DNA of 64,000 nt from assembly GCF_001194135.2 (NCBI RefSeq), contig NC_068983.1, forward strand, positions 103,004,451 to 103,068,450, given 5' to 3'. Positions within the stretch are counted from its first letter, which is position 1; each line of letters begins with the position of its first letter. The notes below the pieces were generated by a model. It did no database searches, was not told where the DNA came from, and was given only the letters and a program-made list of their open reading frames with translations. A program made the position numbers and the translations under genes. Below, one piece after another: positions 22,834 to 37,479 of the stretch. This DNA is from Octopus bimaculoides (taxonomy: Eukaryota).

Positions 22834-25800
22834 NNNNNNNNNNNNNNNNNNNNNNNNNNNNNNNNNNNNNNNNNNNNNNNNNNNNNNNNNNNNNNNNNNN
22901 NNNNNNNNNNNNNNNNNNNNNNNNNNNNNNNNNNNNNNNNNNNNNNNNNNNNNNNNNNNNNNNNNNNNNNNNNNNNNNNNNNNNNNNNNNNNNNNNNNNN
23001 NNNNNNNNNNNNNNNNNNNNNNNNNNNNNNNNNNNNNNNNNNNNNNNNNNNNNNNNNNNNNNNNNNNNNNNNNNNNNNNNNNNNNNNNNNNNNNNNNNNN
23101 NNNNNNNNNNNNNNNNNNNNNNNNNNNNNNNNNNNNNNNNNNNNNNNNNNNNNNNNNNNNNNNNNNNNNNNNNNNNNNNNNNNNNNNNNNNNNNNNNNNN
23201 NNNNNNNNNNNNNNNNNNNNNNNNNNNNNNNNNNNNNNNNNNNNNNNNNNNNNNNNNNNNNNNNNNNNNNNNNNNNNNNNNNNNNNNNNNNNNNNNNNNN
23301 NNNNNNNNNNNNNNNNNNNNNNNNNNNNNNNNNNNNNNNNNNNNNNNNNNNNNNNNNNNNNNNNNNNNNNNNNNNNNNNNNNNNNNNNNNNNNNNNNNNN
23401 NNNNNNNNNNNNNNNNNNNNNNNNNNNNNNNNNNNNNNNNNNNNNNNNNNNNNNNNNNNNNNNNNNNNNNNNNNNNNNNNNNNNNNNNNNNNNNNNNNNN
23501 NNNNNNNNNNNNNNNNNNNNNNNNNNNNNNNNNNNNNNNNNNNNNNNNNNNNNNNNNNNNNNNNNNNNNNNNNNNNNNNNNNNNNNNNNNNNNNNNNNNN
23601 NNNNNNNNNNNNNNNNNNNNNNNNNNNNNNNNNNNNNNNNNNNNNNNNNNNNNNNNNNNNNNNNNNNNNNNNNNNNNNNNNNNNNNNNNNNNNNNNNNNN
23701 NNNNNNNNNNNNNNNNNNNNNNNNNNNNNNNNNNNNNNNNNNNNNNNNNNNNNNAATACAAGAGTTTTGTTTCCAATTGAGAACAATTAATAACACAACA
23801 GATTTATGGTGCATGAGTGAAGGAGATGAACCTGAAAAATAATAAATAGGAGTATAGAAATTCCACTTTTTTTAAAATTTATAGTTGAGGTGTTACTGCT
23901 TTAAGAATATACAGAATGATAAATGAAGAATGCAAAATACAACATTTGGTTGCTCACTTTCCAAACTGTAGAAATATTTTTGATTATGAAAACTACTAAT
24001 TGAAGAATAGCTATTAAATACTACTGTTTAAATATTAGACCACTATTTATAAATATTTCTTTGCTAAATAAAAGATGTGCTTGAATATGTGTGTTTCTGT
24101 GAGGTTATGTATATGTATATACACACACAGATGTCACTACAAACACACACACACACATCAAAATTACTTTCACTCAAATGCTAATAGAATATATTCAGAA
24201 TAACTCAATTCCCCACAGAAATAAATCTTTTCCAACCCAAACGTTTCCAATTTATATGAAACACTTGATTCTAATTATGCCTTCTAAAAACTCAAATACC
24301 AATAATTTTGACACTGCTTGCTGAACTTATTCCTTTTCCTTACAAGTAACAGTAAAAATGTTGTCAAAATTATACCATCACTACTGCACAATTTTCTGTT
24401 TGTTCATCCCCAAGAATAGTTGAAGCCTACTGACATCAACACATTCTACTTTGCTTTGCATCAGTCCAAACTTGATACTCAGGTACTTGAGGTCAAAGCT
24501 GATACAGCTTTATTTGTGATTATTTTTCTTTCTTGGTCTAATCTCTTCATTTAAAAATATTTTACAGCTTTTTCTTTCATTACAATACATGAATAGTTTA
24601 TATTTATGTGGTTTTATTACATGACTGGTGTAACTACTCCCATCTGAACACGGATGAGCTAAATTCATTTCTAGTCATCATATAATTTGCCATGCAAATC
24701 AATTTCTGCATAATTTTAACAGTATATTAAGCACTGACAACTACCTTCAATGCTTCAAAAAAAAATAATATGAGTTTCCATTAAGATATTTATAAAAGAA
24801 CAATAATAATAATTTGCAATGTCTGTTTAGCAATTAAGATCTAAGCACCTTTGACAGAGGTAACACATACTTCACATAACCGAACTAAATGTTAGGTTTA
24901 CACTTCAGAATGAAAAGGATACATCTGTTCTAGGCAGTAATTACCATTACAGTTTTACAAAACCCAAATATACTTTACATCAGATATTAGCCACACATCT
25001 AGATTGGTGTACTAAGTCACATTCTAGACCATGTCCAAAAAAACTGCTATCCTTCTGATAATCAAATCTGCACTCAACCAACATTATACAACCAGTAGCT
25101 CTCTATTGGGTTATATAGTTATCTCTGGCCTCCAACTTCTGTTATAATGACTATACTCTTCTAAATCTATTTGACATTCTTTATACTGAAATATATTGTT
25201 GAAAATATTCAACATAGCTAACAAAGAAGCCTTTTGTTAAATGCTGAGCTGGCATTTCTTAAAAGATCAAGTACTTTAAACATATTAAAAGCAACACAAC
25301 TACTTGATATTGAACTTGCATTTCTTCTAAGAGAATTAACAAATTTTCTTTTTAATCAATAAATATTGTTTCCATAAAGTAAATATTTTCCATTTGTAAA
25401 CATGCCATGAATTTTGTTACATGAATCCAATATAACAATTTCACATAATCTTCTGTAGAAAACATTCTGAGCAAGATAACAGTTCTGGGTAACCTTTGAA
25501 TATCTAAAAGCCAAGCAGCTGAAATCAATCTCATATTAATGACATCAAATAGACAAAAATTCATTGTTGTTTCTACAACAGAACTATGTATTTATTATTT
25601 TTAATTCTACTGATTCAATATATATATATATATATTTAATTTTCTCTTTGAATTAGTTTTATTTCATAGTGGCACCCCAGCATAGCCATGACTAGATGGC
25701 TGAAACCAGTAAAAGAATGAAGAAACAGGTGAAATTTTGTTAATATCATTGATGTTTGTAATAATTCTATAACAAGACAAGTTATTATTGGTTTTCTCAA

Positions 25801-26065
25801 ATGGAAACATAAGAATGTTTGAAATTATAGAGAGAGACCATAGAGTTTCACATACTTTAAGTTAGAAAGACTGGTTGCAATTTAGAGGATGTAAAACTCT
25901 TTAATTTCACTTCTGTCAAATCTTCATAGAAGGATTCTCGCCAAAATGTTGCATTTTCCCTTCCCAAAAGCAAGTTCACAGTACTTGTTTTGTTGATTTT
26001 ACTAAATAATACAAGTCTTGCTAACACAGACCAACACCAGTCTCTTGGGTGAGTGAGTGAGTGAG

Positions 26066-26124
<59 letters not shown>

Positions 26125-26146
26125 TGAATAGAAATGGCTTTTCTGA

Positions 26147-26244
26147 TAATTTTTCCACTTTAAATAATTAAATACTTGTAAGATATTAGGTGTTTTAAAC
26201 ACCTAATATTTTATAAACATCTAATAATTAAAGTGGAAAAATTA
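26147..26244. repeat. About 98-bp imperfect hairpin
   Basis: Core atattaggtgttt-t-aaacacctaatat (26183-26209) and outer aatttttccactt/aagtggaaaaatt. Confidence 0.8.
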
Positions 26245-26313
26245 ACAGACAAATCATTTCCATTCATTTTTTTAAATATATAATACTGTACCAAGGACTT
26301 TCTATCTCTTATT

Positions 26314-26365
<52 letters not shown>

Positions 26366-27066
26366 ACACACACAGAGTAATTTTTAACCACTCAAACATC
26401 AACACAGTAGACATCTCTGAGACTTTTTCAATGCTTACTTTTTCCCAGATGTAATAAGTACAAGCATATATTTATAAAACATAGTAACATTGTATATGTA
26501 GTCAATTCCAGTCTAATTCCAATATGGCAGTCACAGATATCTACTTCAGATTAACTAAAATATATAGTGCTATGTGCTTTGATCATGGGACTGGATTTTT
26601 TTCAACTTACATTCTGAGGCTTAGTGCCATGTTAATGCATATAAAAATAATATACAAGCTTCCTGGGACCCAAGGACCAGTTCACAGTTCTGGTTTGATG
26701 GCATTTAGCAGAGAAAAAATAAATCTTGCCCATGTTATAAGGTTAGCTTATTGTTAGGAGCATTTTCAGCTGATCACTGATACCTAATCTTGATATCTAA
26801 GTGATCAGGAATGAAGGTGCATGGCCTGGTGGTTAGGGTGCTTGGTCCACAATCAAAAGATCATGGGTTCAATTCCCAGACTAAGCAGTACATTGTGATC
26901 TTGAACAAGGCACTTTATTTTACATTGTTCCAGTCAATGCAGCTATAAATGTGTACCAGTCAGATACTGGGACAGCTCCTTCTCTCCCTCCTCTCTCTAT
27001 TACATTCTCCTCCCTATTGCACTTTGTCTCTCTCTTCTCTCTTGCATTCTGTCTTCCCTCTTGCAT

Positions 27067-27098
<32 letters not shown>

Positions 27099-28359
27099 AA
27101 ACTGTCACATCCTGGCCGTGCCACTGAATCAAGGGTGAGGAGGTGGGAGCAAAGGGGATGCCTACATCAGTTTGCAACTACATAAGCACCTAAAACAATT
27201 AACGAAAGCAGGGTACACATTGCCAATCCACACAAGTGACAGCTAGCTGTGTTGTGCCATAAGTGACTAGAACACAGAATCAAATAGATATATTGGATAT
27301 GAATCTATGCACAATTGATCTAATACCATATTCATTGATATTTTACTTTCTCGATGTGAACTTGCTCAATTATCATGTTAAATTCTAATAAGCCAATGCC
27401 TTTATATAATTTCAATAAATCAACCACCTCTTGAAAATTCACATCATTACTAACTCAATATCGCAACAACTTAAATCTATTAATAATTGAAACAAACCAC
27501 AATAATGTCAGCCATTAAAATTCAATGAAGAATATTAATTTCCTGAAAATATCATTATTTTTATTATATTTTATCTTATTTTACTTAAATTATTTTCAGA
27601 AAATTTTTGAGTGTTTAAAATTTCTGTTTGAATGTTAATTTGATAACTTAAGTAAAAAAAAAAAATCAATTTGATCCCTTAGTATTTAAATGGGGCATAA
27701 CTAACTCAAATATTCTATCCATTTTATGTGCAAACTGACCAGATCTGATCTCTCACACCTACCCTACAATGTCATTCTAAAAATAAACAACCACATCATT
27801 GAAATCTTTAAGCTACAAGATAAGGCATGATTAATTCAAAACAATGTGAATAGATAAGTATTACATTTGACAGAGTAATGTGAATGCTAAAGGATTAATT
27901 TTTAAAAAAATAATAATAAATTCCATTTTTCTGTCTCTCATAATTGATATTTATTTGCAATGTGATCATTTCAGTGATGATACCATTATTTTACCAAATA
28001 GCCCAGTGTTAAAGAGAAGAGAAAAAGACTAATGAAAGAAAATGCATATTTTTAGTTGCTGTGATCAATATTTGAGATATGAGGGAAGGGTCAGTGAAGC
28101 AAGGCAAGCTGGAGGAGTGGGGGTCATATTACAACACCAACAATAAGAAATACAACTATGCCATAAAAGAAACAAAAAATGGGCCGGAGGGGGGGGGAAT
28201 GCCATCAATAACAACACCAACAACAATAACAACAACATCAGTTAAAAATGAGAAAGAAGCAAAAAAAAAAATGTTTGAGTGAGAGACACAAAAATAAAGA
28301 TTGATAGACAAAAAGACAAGTCTAAAAGGAAAAAAATGAGTTTTAGTCAAGACACTTAC

Positions 28360-28380
28360 GTGAGCTCAGTCCAATGTCAT
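28360..28380 (-). CDS. RALGAPB: Candidate 21-nt alternative microexon of RALGAPB (phase 1-1)
   Basis: tgtttttgtatgcag|ATGACATTGGACTGAGCTCAC|gtaagtgt. It is open in the frame set by exons 3 and 4 (K-DDIGLSSP-DIAEH). No transcript evidence is available. Confidence 0.5.
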
Positions 28381-29354
28381 CTGCATACAAAAACAGTGCA
28401 TGCTATAAGAACATCATAATTATTGTCATAATAATTGTTATTATTATTATTATTATTAACAAGTAATTAGGTTTTCAATACACTAATAAAATCTAAATTA
28501 TTTCTATTCTACTTTATTGGTGCCTCTCATAGCAAAAATAGAACAAGGAAAAATATTAAAAAAATTAAAACTCCAAAATTCCTCTGTGTGTATGTGTGTG
28601 TGTGTGTGTGTGTGTTGTTTTAGTCTGTTACATTAGTTAATATTTTGTTCTTTTACACTAAAAATTAAAAAAAGAAATGAACCTTAATAAAAATTTAAAA
28701 GTTCAGTATTATAAATATCTTAAATTTTTAAAATTCCATATGTACCCACTTTCCAAGAACAGAGTAAGACTAGATGAAGGCTGAATAATAAATCTATATA
28801 ATTATGTGCTGTTTGTTACACTTGGATCATGCATGCAAAACAGGGTTTTAGATTTTAATTGTTTAAAAAAAAATGTGTCTAGTCTGAAGGTCAATTTTCT
28901 TATTGTTCTTATTTTTCCGTTTTCCATTGGTAATAATATCTATCATGAGATATATTATTGGTAATAATGATTTATGAAGAAGTTATATGATGCAACATCA
29001 TCATCTCTGTTCACTGTGTATGTATGTATGTGTGTTTACACACCGATTCAATTTGAACATACATAAATCTCAATATTTAAAAAAGAAGAACAGAAGGCAA
29101 TTTTGAAGACTTTTTTTTTACCTAATAATGGGATGGGTATAAAAAGTATTAATATTATAAAACAAATTAAACATGCCATTGGCAGAGGGAGGTAAACAAC
29201 AAAACAAAATGTTTTCTGCAGCATTAAAAAGAAATTAAAATATATATATTTTTTTTAAATATTCAAAATTGTATAATTTCTCAAAAGAACAAACCACTAC
29301 AATTTAGACAGTAAGTAGTTTAGTAAACTAAGCAGAACAAACAACTATATGTAA

Positions 29355-29407
<53 letters not shown>

Positions 29408-31789
29408 TACACACACACACACAAATGTATTTGTATGAAACAATGTTTCAGATTAAAATAGCATGCTGAGCATCAGAAATTACACAAAATATCTAACACA
29501 AGTGTGTGTGTGTGTGTATTATTCCATGTATGAAGCTGCTTTGGTTGGTGTGCTATAAAAATTATTTTTTAATCTGATTCATTTCAATAAAACGATGACT
29601 GATATTTTAATAAACCAGTTTAATTTTTCACAAAATGATAATTTTTTTTCTTCCTTTTCATGATGAGAGCAATGAAAGACGAATCTCTATTCAGTGAAAT
29701 AATTCATAGCTAAAACTAATCTATTTTCATACATAGATTTCCATGTTCTATGTTTGAATTTAATTTTTCTAAGCTAGCAGCATTGAAGAAATAGATTAAC
29801 TCTTGTATTACCATATTTCTGTTGAAATGTACAGTTATTGTTTCAGTTATTTTTGAAAATGATAAAGAATTTATTAAAACACATTTTATCATTATTAAGC
29901 TGGTGTTTGAAACACAGATTAGCATGAAATTTTGATGGAAATTTTTAAAATCATTTTAAAACAGGAATTGTATCATAAAACAAGTGGCAGTTTCAGGCAG
30001 CTGCTATCAAAAGGATTAAATAAAAATTTGGATATTAGGTTATTGTTGAAGCAAATGTTTTTAACAAGGATTCATGTAACAAAGAAATGTATGTGAAAAT
30101 TATTGTTAATTACACAGATTAAAACAATACAAATTATATCCCTTGAACAGAGACAACTGCCTTTCCTTCGATTATTATCTTCATGATATCAGACTCCACT
30201 GTTAAACATTGCACTAAATATTTTACCCAGTCCTTCATAAAACTGCATCTTCTGCAAGACCCCCAAATACCCAGGGGTTTTAAAACTTGTTCTGCAATGC
30301 ATGAAAACTTAAAACATTTCTATGAGTAATAAGTAAAAAAATAAAAAAAGGAGGGGAGGATGTAGAATGAAATATGAAATACCAGTAAATATGTATGAAT
30401 TTGTGTGGTTTCCATGTGATCTAAGTTATTGATTATAAACAATTTTTCAGCAAGCAAATTATTATATACTGACATATAAAAACCACAAAATTTACACTAT
30501 AATGAAGAAATAGGAAAAACATCAAATTCATTAGTATCGACTTGTCTCTTTTACAATTCAGTCACAGTTTTAAACCCTTTGATCTAAGTCACAGTACTGT
30601 AGGTATTCTTCCCAAAGGTGAAAGGACTCTGGAAATTATTCTCAAATTTAACTTAAAATTTAATAACTAGAACTCAAATTTAATAAATCCAATGATGAAG
30701 AATTTCATCATCTACAAGCAGAATCATTGAATATAACCAAATATATACAGATGCTTGGAGATTGACTGATTGACAGATAAAACTCACCACTGTGCTAAAT
30801 TTACACATTTAATTGATAGAAACAAACGGTAATATTTTTGTAGTTAGTATGAGGAAAGCAAGACTCATCTTATTGTCCTGTTACAGACAATAACTTTAAA
30901 TATATATTTCTCATACAACATACGTAATATATAAGCCACATGCATACATATTATGTATGCTGTGTGAGAAATATATCTTCTTAACCACTTTGCTGCAGAA
31001 AGAAAACAAAATCTAGCAGTAACTGTTAATGACTTTCAGAAAAGAAGGGAGACAATTTCAAGAAATTAGACCTAATTTCTCAAAAGTTAAATTACATGCT
31101 TAGGGAAATGAAAGTTTGATCTTTATTTGCAGACTAAGGACAACTAGGGAGGTGTTTCAGACTATTAAAGCTCATCAGTATTTTAAATTTCATCCACTTA
31201 CTTTCTAAATTGCCTTGCCTTAGGCCTTCAACTCCTGGTGGAGTCACAGAGATACCTTTGTAATAAACAACATGTCTTGGGTAATTTTAACTTGGTAGAG
31301 TTCATTCCTCACCAAGTCTGCCTACAATTGATTTCTTCCAGAAAGAGAAGAATTGACCATAGTATAGAACTGGTATTGTATTTATTAACCCCAAAAGGAA
31401 GTAGTTTAGCATATGAAGTGCATGCACAGAATATGTATAATTCCTAGTAGTATTATTTTCTGCATTTTGTGTCTATTTATAAGTCCCAGGATTTGAGTTA
31501 TGTAATTATCTAAATGATTTTTTTTAATCATTGCTGAGGCAGGTACCTATTATTATCATTATTAATGGGGAAGATCTGGCATTTCATCTCTTTAAACTTC
31601 AGTTGAATTTGTCTTTCATTCCTCTATGGTCAATGAAGTAAGTAGAAACCAAATACTAGGTTGATTAAATTGACTAAATTCTATTCAACAAATTCATGGC
31701 TTGTACCAATATCAAAAAAACTTTATTACTGTTATACAAAAACAAATACATATTAATTTAGTTAGCAGAGATGTTTGGTGACAAGGCTC

Positions 31790-33440
31790 CTCAAATCTCA
31801 AGAATCTTGAATTTTTGCAAAATACAAGATGGGGATTCCTTGCAGGATGACAATATGCTTTTCAATTCCAATAATATTCAGCTCTTATGTAGCAGTTTGG
31901 ACATTAAGCTGAGTGTGCCAATTACCACAGAAACAATTTTCCTCTTTATGTTCTACAATTTCTTCTCTCTAAGTCTTGATATTTCTCAATTTTCTCAGCT
32001 TCCTTGACATCCACTATACAATCAAATAAGATTGCAAAGTCAATGATCTTACACTGTTTGTATTCCATGATCATATCTCATCTCCTTGCTTCAATAATAT
32101 GACCTACGTCTATGGAGGAATTCCATAAAACCAAATAATCATTGTTTACCATGAGAGCCTCTGACTTGTGTTCACAAAACTTTTCTGTTACTTCAAATCC
32201 ACAAACTCGGCTAATATCTCAATGCACTTATTTACCAACACAATCATGCTTGTATTTATACTCTTTTTGTGCTTGCTTACTCCCTCTCCTTAAAAGATGA
32301 TTAATACTTTAATTCTCTTTTCCACATACTCTGAATTTACTATCTGGCTAAGTTTTATTAATGTTTATTTTTATCAAGTTTGTTCTTATAGCTTGTTCTT
32401 TAGAGGCTATAAATAGTAATTCAGTTTCTTGTTTCAGGCTCCATCTCATGGCCCTAACCATCATCCTTCATTTACACCATCCTCACTTTGTTACATGAAC
32501 TGGTTAAGTAGTTCTTTCTTTCTCCTATTATTCTTTTGATTCTCACAATCCTTCACCATTTTAGTGATTTCTTTGATATTTCTACTTGCAGACAATAGTC
32601 TTTCTTGACTTTGCATAACATAATTTTTCAAACCTCAAACTTCAACACTGTTGGTGTCTTTTAAATTTAACAAATTTCTGCCTCCTTCTCTTCTTGATAA
32701 TCATTATGCCTTATTTCCTACTTCTATCTAATTCCAGTAACTCCTTGTCCCTTTTAAAAAATAGAAGCGGTGTATCTCAACACAATACTCCTTTTTGAGG
32801 TAAAATTATGAAGGCAATTCATATGTGGGCATGACCCATGACCTCTGTTTAGTTTTATTTTTTTTTCAAATACCCTCCTAACCTTTACCTTGTACTTTTT
32901 GAAGACTTTTTCATTTCTTTTTCTATTACCCTCCCATCCTGCAGCTACCCTAGGTACTTGAATCCCTCATTCTCTTTCTGTAATCTGATATTATCATCTT
33001 GCAATACTTTTATTCCAGATTTAATTTTTTGAGTTCTTTTCATAATTAGTACTGCACACTTATTCATGCCAAACTACATACCAATAGCCTTGCTTAAAAA
33101 TCCTTACTGTTTGAATAAAATAATCAAGGCATTTTCCATTTTTGGTGTATAATCTGGATTCATCCATAGAACCTCCAATGTTTAAAAAAATTTTTACACT
33201 GAATATAGGTTATTTAATCACCATACATAGTGTATCTACATTACCCTTTCCTTGATTGAAGCTGTTGTTTCACATTTATCCCTGTTTCACATTTATCCCT
33301 TCTCAGAGGTAAGTACATGGGGATAAACATGATCAACATCCACTGGCAAGTGATAATTCTCTTCAAAACTCAAAAGTTATTAAACTTTCTTCCTTGCAAC
33401 AATGGTCAATAATGGTTTGGATGGCCAACAGTACAACACA
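31790..33440 (-). mobile_element. Decayed R4/Dong-like non-LTR retrotransposon (RT + restriction-like endonuclease), 5'-truncated
   Basis: Minus-strand translation across frameshifts: MDESRLYTKN..FIQTVRIF..IGM*FGMNKCA..FKYLG (RT domains 5-7), LRYTASI..ELLELDRSRK, QKEYKYKHD.VGK*VH*, and IEARR*DMI..CKIIDFAI..DVKEAEKIEKYQDL (REL PD..D..K motif). Confidence 0.75.
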
Positions 33441-36400
33441 ATTTAATTCAGAGAGACCAGTGAATGAAGTCCTATATAGTTACTCATCCCAAATCATCTA
33501 TGATCAATTCTAACTCGTGTGACCTTTTTTACCAACACACAGTGTGGAACCTCATCTTTTCCCTGTTACTTGTCTACACCAGCTATCATCTGACCCATAT
33601 AAGTTGGCCATATCAACCAACGCAGAGACAAAAGGCTATATCAAGAAGGCCAAGCTATGCAAGAAGATACTTATGACTAGTTGCTACAAAATGCTTGTGT
33701 AACATTTCCAATACCAGTTTAATCAAGGTTTATTGAAGCAACTCAATAACAATATATGTAATTACAAGCCAATGAGGGGAACCTCTACATGGTCAATTGA
33801 TCTGTTAGAAACAGCAGCCAAAATTCCCTTAAATCACACATACTACCATTTCAAAAAAAGGAAGTCATATTTGGTAAAAAAAAAATTTAACCACTTAGTG
33901 AAGGAAAAGCAGAACCCATGCCTCTTAAATTTTTCAGAGCCTCTGAGACAGGTGGTAAGAAGGGAGGAAGATATCCTGAAATCAGGGCCTTTGCCTGAAT
34001 GCTTGCAACAGAGCAAATGCTGCTAAAAACATTCTAATACCAGTGGTGTGATGTTAAACTGGATGTGATGTTAAATTTACTACCCAAGAACTCAGGGTAC
34101 AAAAAGCTGGAACAAAAACCCCAAAGGGAGTTTATAACATAAAGTAACTTGATGAGATTTGAACTCAGAGTACAGACAGTCAAAACAAATGTCATAAGGC
34201 ATTTTTGTCTTCTGTTTTAACAACTCTGATAATTTGCCATTCATTTCTTAAAATTTAGTTTTTCATGCTTAATGATCATGTCAGAGTTCTAATTAAGAAC
34301 AGAACAAATATCACCTTTCTTTACAGTTCAAACAATGACGATTTTTTTATTTTAGAATTCAAAAGATGAAGGACATGTTAAAAAATTTCAAAAAAGAATT
34401 TTCCAAAATTAGTAATGTTTATTGGAAATGCATCATGTGGAGAATAAATGAAACTGGAAGGAAAAAAAAAAAAAAGAATCACCATCAAACATAATAGCTG
34501 GTATCATCCTCGCTATAGTTATTAGATTTATTTTGCCCTTTAAGTTGCTAAGCTTATGCTTTCACACAAATATATGTGTAAAAATATCAAGTAACCTCTT
34601 CAGTTAAGGTTTATCCTATAAAAGGTGATTGTCAAATAAATTTCCATTAATCTTATACACTGGAGATTGATTTCAGACATAAATATGACTAGCAAGATTT
34701 TAGGATCCATTTTATGTTTTTTCAACCTGAAAACAGATCATTTCAAGCTATCATAGACAATTGTATTATGATATACTGTGAACTTTGCTTTGCTGTGTGT
34801 CAACAAAGGATAAATGCTATGTAAACAAAGGATAAAAGCATGATACAATTTAAAAGTCAGTTGCTTGACTTTTAATGATCAGATACAAGCAAATAAACAC
34901 TCAGTAAAGAGCCATTCTGACTTCAAGCAAAAGATACGGAGTGGTTCACACCTATCAGCTAAAGTTGAAGTTTGTTTTGAGTCTATAGGTTCATTAAGTG
35001 GAGCGTTCCCCAGTTTCTAAGGTGATTAAGCCTTCAGCTTTTAAATCAACCATATCAAGCCCAAATATTCTATGCATTTTACATTTTAAGCTGACCAGAT
35101 CTAGCCGCTCACATTGACCTTACAATAGTATTCTAATAATAAACAATCATATCATCGAAATCCAGAAGCTATGAGATAATGTAAAACAATTTAAATAAAT
35201 AAGCATCAAACTTAAAAGAATAAAAAGGTAAAGACACCCTTAAGTCATGAATGACCATGGGATTTCACCTAGAAAGTTCTCCTCCAAGGCACAAGTCCAG
35301 GCAAGGTTGTTTATGGAAGACCAGCAATCACCCATGCATACCATCCTCCCCTTTCCATGTCAGCAATGTCATGCAAGGGAAAAGCAAAGGTCGATACAGC
35401 TTGGCACCTGTGATGTCTCAACTCATTTCTACAGCTGAGTGAACTGGAGCAATGTGAAATAAAGTGTCTTGCTTAAGAACACAACACAGCCCAGTCCAGG
35501 AATCAAACTCACTACCTGGTGACTGTGAGCCCAACACTCTAAGCACTGAACCATGCACCTTCAGATGGCACATGGCTAAGTGAATAACCTGAATACTAAA
35601 TGGTTAAGGGGCTGAGAGTACAAGAGTAAAAATAATCCATTGTAGGGTTAACTCAACTATTGTGGCAATCACTTTTAGCGGAGGAGACTGAAGTAATATG
35701 GAAGTGACTTGCTCAAAAACACAATACACTACTGGATTCAAGAATTGAACACTTGGCCTAAAGATTCCCAGCTCAACATCCAAACAACAGCAAATGGAAA
35801 CCAGCCTGGAGTCATAGACTTGGTTTAGAAAAATCTTACTTCTGTGTATAGCATTGATACATAATAGAAGGTAATACGCTAAAAATAAAATATTAATATT
35901 TTAATAATTGTTATTCATAATGTTTCAGTTAGGTATATTGCTTCAGACTTCTATCAGAGATGAAATGGGATTGTGTGATACTCATGCCTCTACCAACAAT
36001 GTATAAGAAATGAGTTGATCATAAACAATAAATTTACGAGAGCTTCATGATTGCTTAAACCTCTAGAAATAACAACCAAATCACTCTTAATGGCTTAAAA
36101 GAGGTTATATTGAATAATGTAACCATGGAAATACACTATAGTCAAAAACAAGATAAAGTAGCTGAACATAATGGATAATAGGCCTGCTCAATCAGAAATG
36201 AACTGGGGCCAAACAACAATGACAATCACTAGATTCATCACCATGCACTTACCATTGCACTGTACACACAACTTAATGATAAGGATTTCTTTCAGCTACG
36301 CATAAGGCTGATGCTTTTTTTTTGTTTTGTTTCTTTTGCAGTTAACTGTGATATCTAGTATATCACTGGTACTTATTTTACTGGGTCCAGTGGGATGAAA

Positions 36401-36710
36401 AATAAGGCGCAGTTAATTTAATGGTGCTCAATTATTGACTGGCAATGATTTTATCTTTCCTGGAGGGATGAGAAGTTACAGACAACTCCTGCTAGATTTG
36501 AACTCAGAACATGGCCAAATACCATAAGGCAACATGTCTGACATTTCTGCAACAATGGTTCTCAACAAGGGTCCATATAAGATTTTTGGCAGTCCATGCA
36601 AGCAAAACAGTAAACTGGAGATCCACAGTAGTATTTTAAGGGTCCATGAAAAATTTTTACTTTAGATGTAAGAAACAGCTAAATTTCTTTTGCAAACGTT
36701 TTACATAGTT

Positions 36711-37063
36711 CTGTGCCCAGCGTCGCCTTTCTGGCACTTGTGCCCGTGACATGTATAAGGATTTTCGAGTGAGATCATTGCCAGTGCCCCTGGACTGGCT
36801 CTTGTGCGGGTGGCACATAAAATACACCATTTTGAGAGTGGCTGTTGCCAGTACCACCTGACTGGCCTTCGTGCGGGTGACACGTAAAAGCACCCACTAC
36901 ACTCTCTGAGTGGTTGGCGTTAGGAAAGGCATCCAGCTGTAGAAACTCTGCCAAATCAGATTGGAGCCTGGTGTAGCCATCTGGTTTCACCAGTCCTCAG
37001 TCAAATCGTCCAACCCATGCTAGCATGGAAAGCGGACGTTAAACAATGATGATGATGATGATG
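36711..37063 (+). mobile_element. Family B retroposon with (GAT)n tail, young-looking copy
   Basis: Matches 1-204 closely. Internal gccagt.cc...tggc..gtgcgggtg.cac subrepeats and the tail gttaaacaatgatgatgatg are present. Confidence 0.8.
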
Positions 37064-37479
37064 AACCTACACAAGTGAATTTGTCAAAAACAAAAAAAAA
37101 GGAATCTTGAAAAATGTATTTATAAAACTAGTTTTTAAATGTCAAATGGCTACAGGGGTTCACTAAAATATAAATAGTAATGAAAGGGGGTTCTAAGAAT
37201 AAGGATAACAATCAAAAACTCAGCTGGCCAGCAATGTATTCTAACTGTATTCCTCCTCTCATCTGTTATCCTTGTGGTAAAAATAAAGAAATCAATTGTT
37301 GCCACTATCATCATCATCATCATCATCATCAATGTCATCAGTAGTTCACATCCTGTTAGTGCTAATGTTTGTCTTTCTTGCATCTTGGTTTGATAAAATA
37401 AGTTCTGGACATACACTGGAGTTGATTCAGCTAGGATAAAGGCTAAAGTTCCTTCCTGAGTAACATAGACTTATAAGGC

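Noticed and set aside
10334-23842. Long ORFs of 120-380 aa in the supplied track (e.g. 12087-12941, 14053-14928, 22663-23814)
   Set aside because: They are runs of X from N gaps, not coding evidence.
30788-30794. AG|CACAGTG|GTGAGT mini-exon on the minus strand
   Set aside because: 7 nt breaks the frame and the pyrimidine tract is weak.
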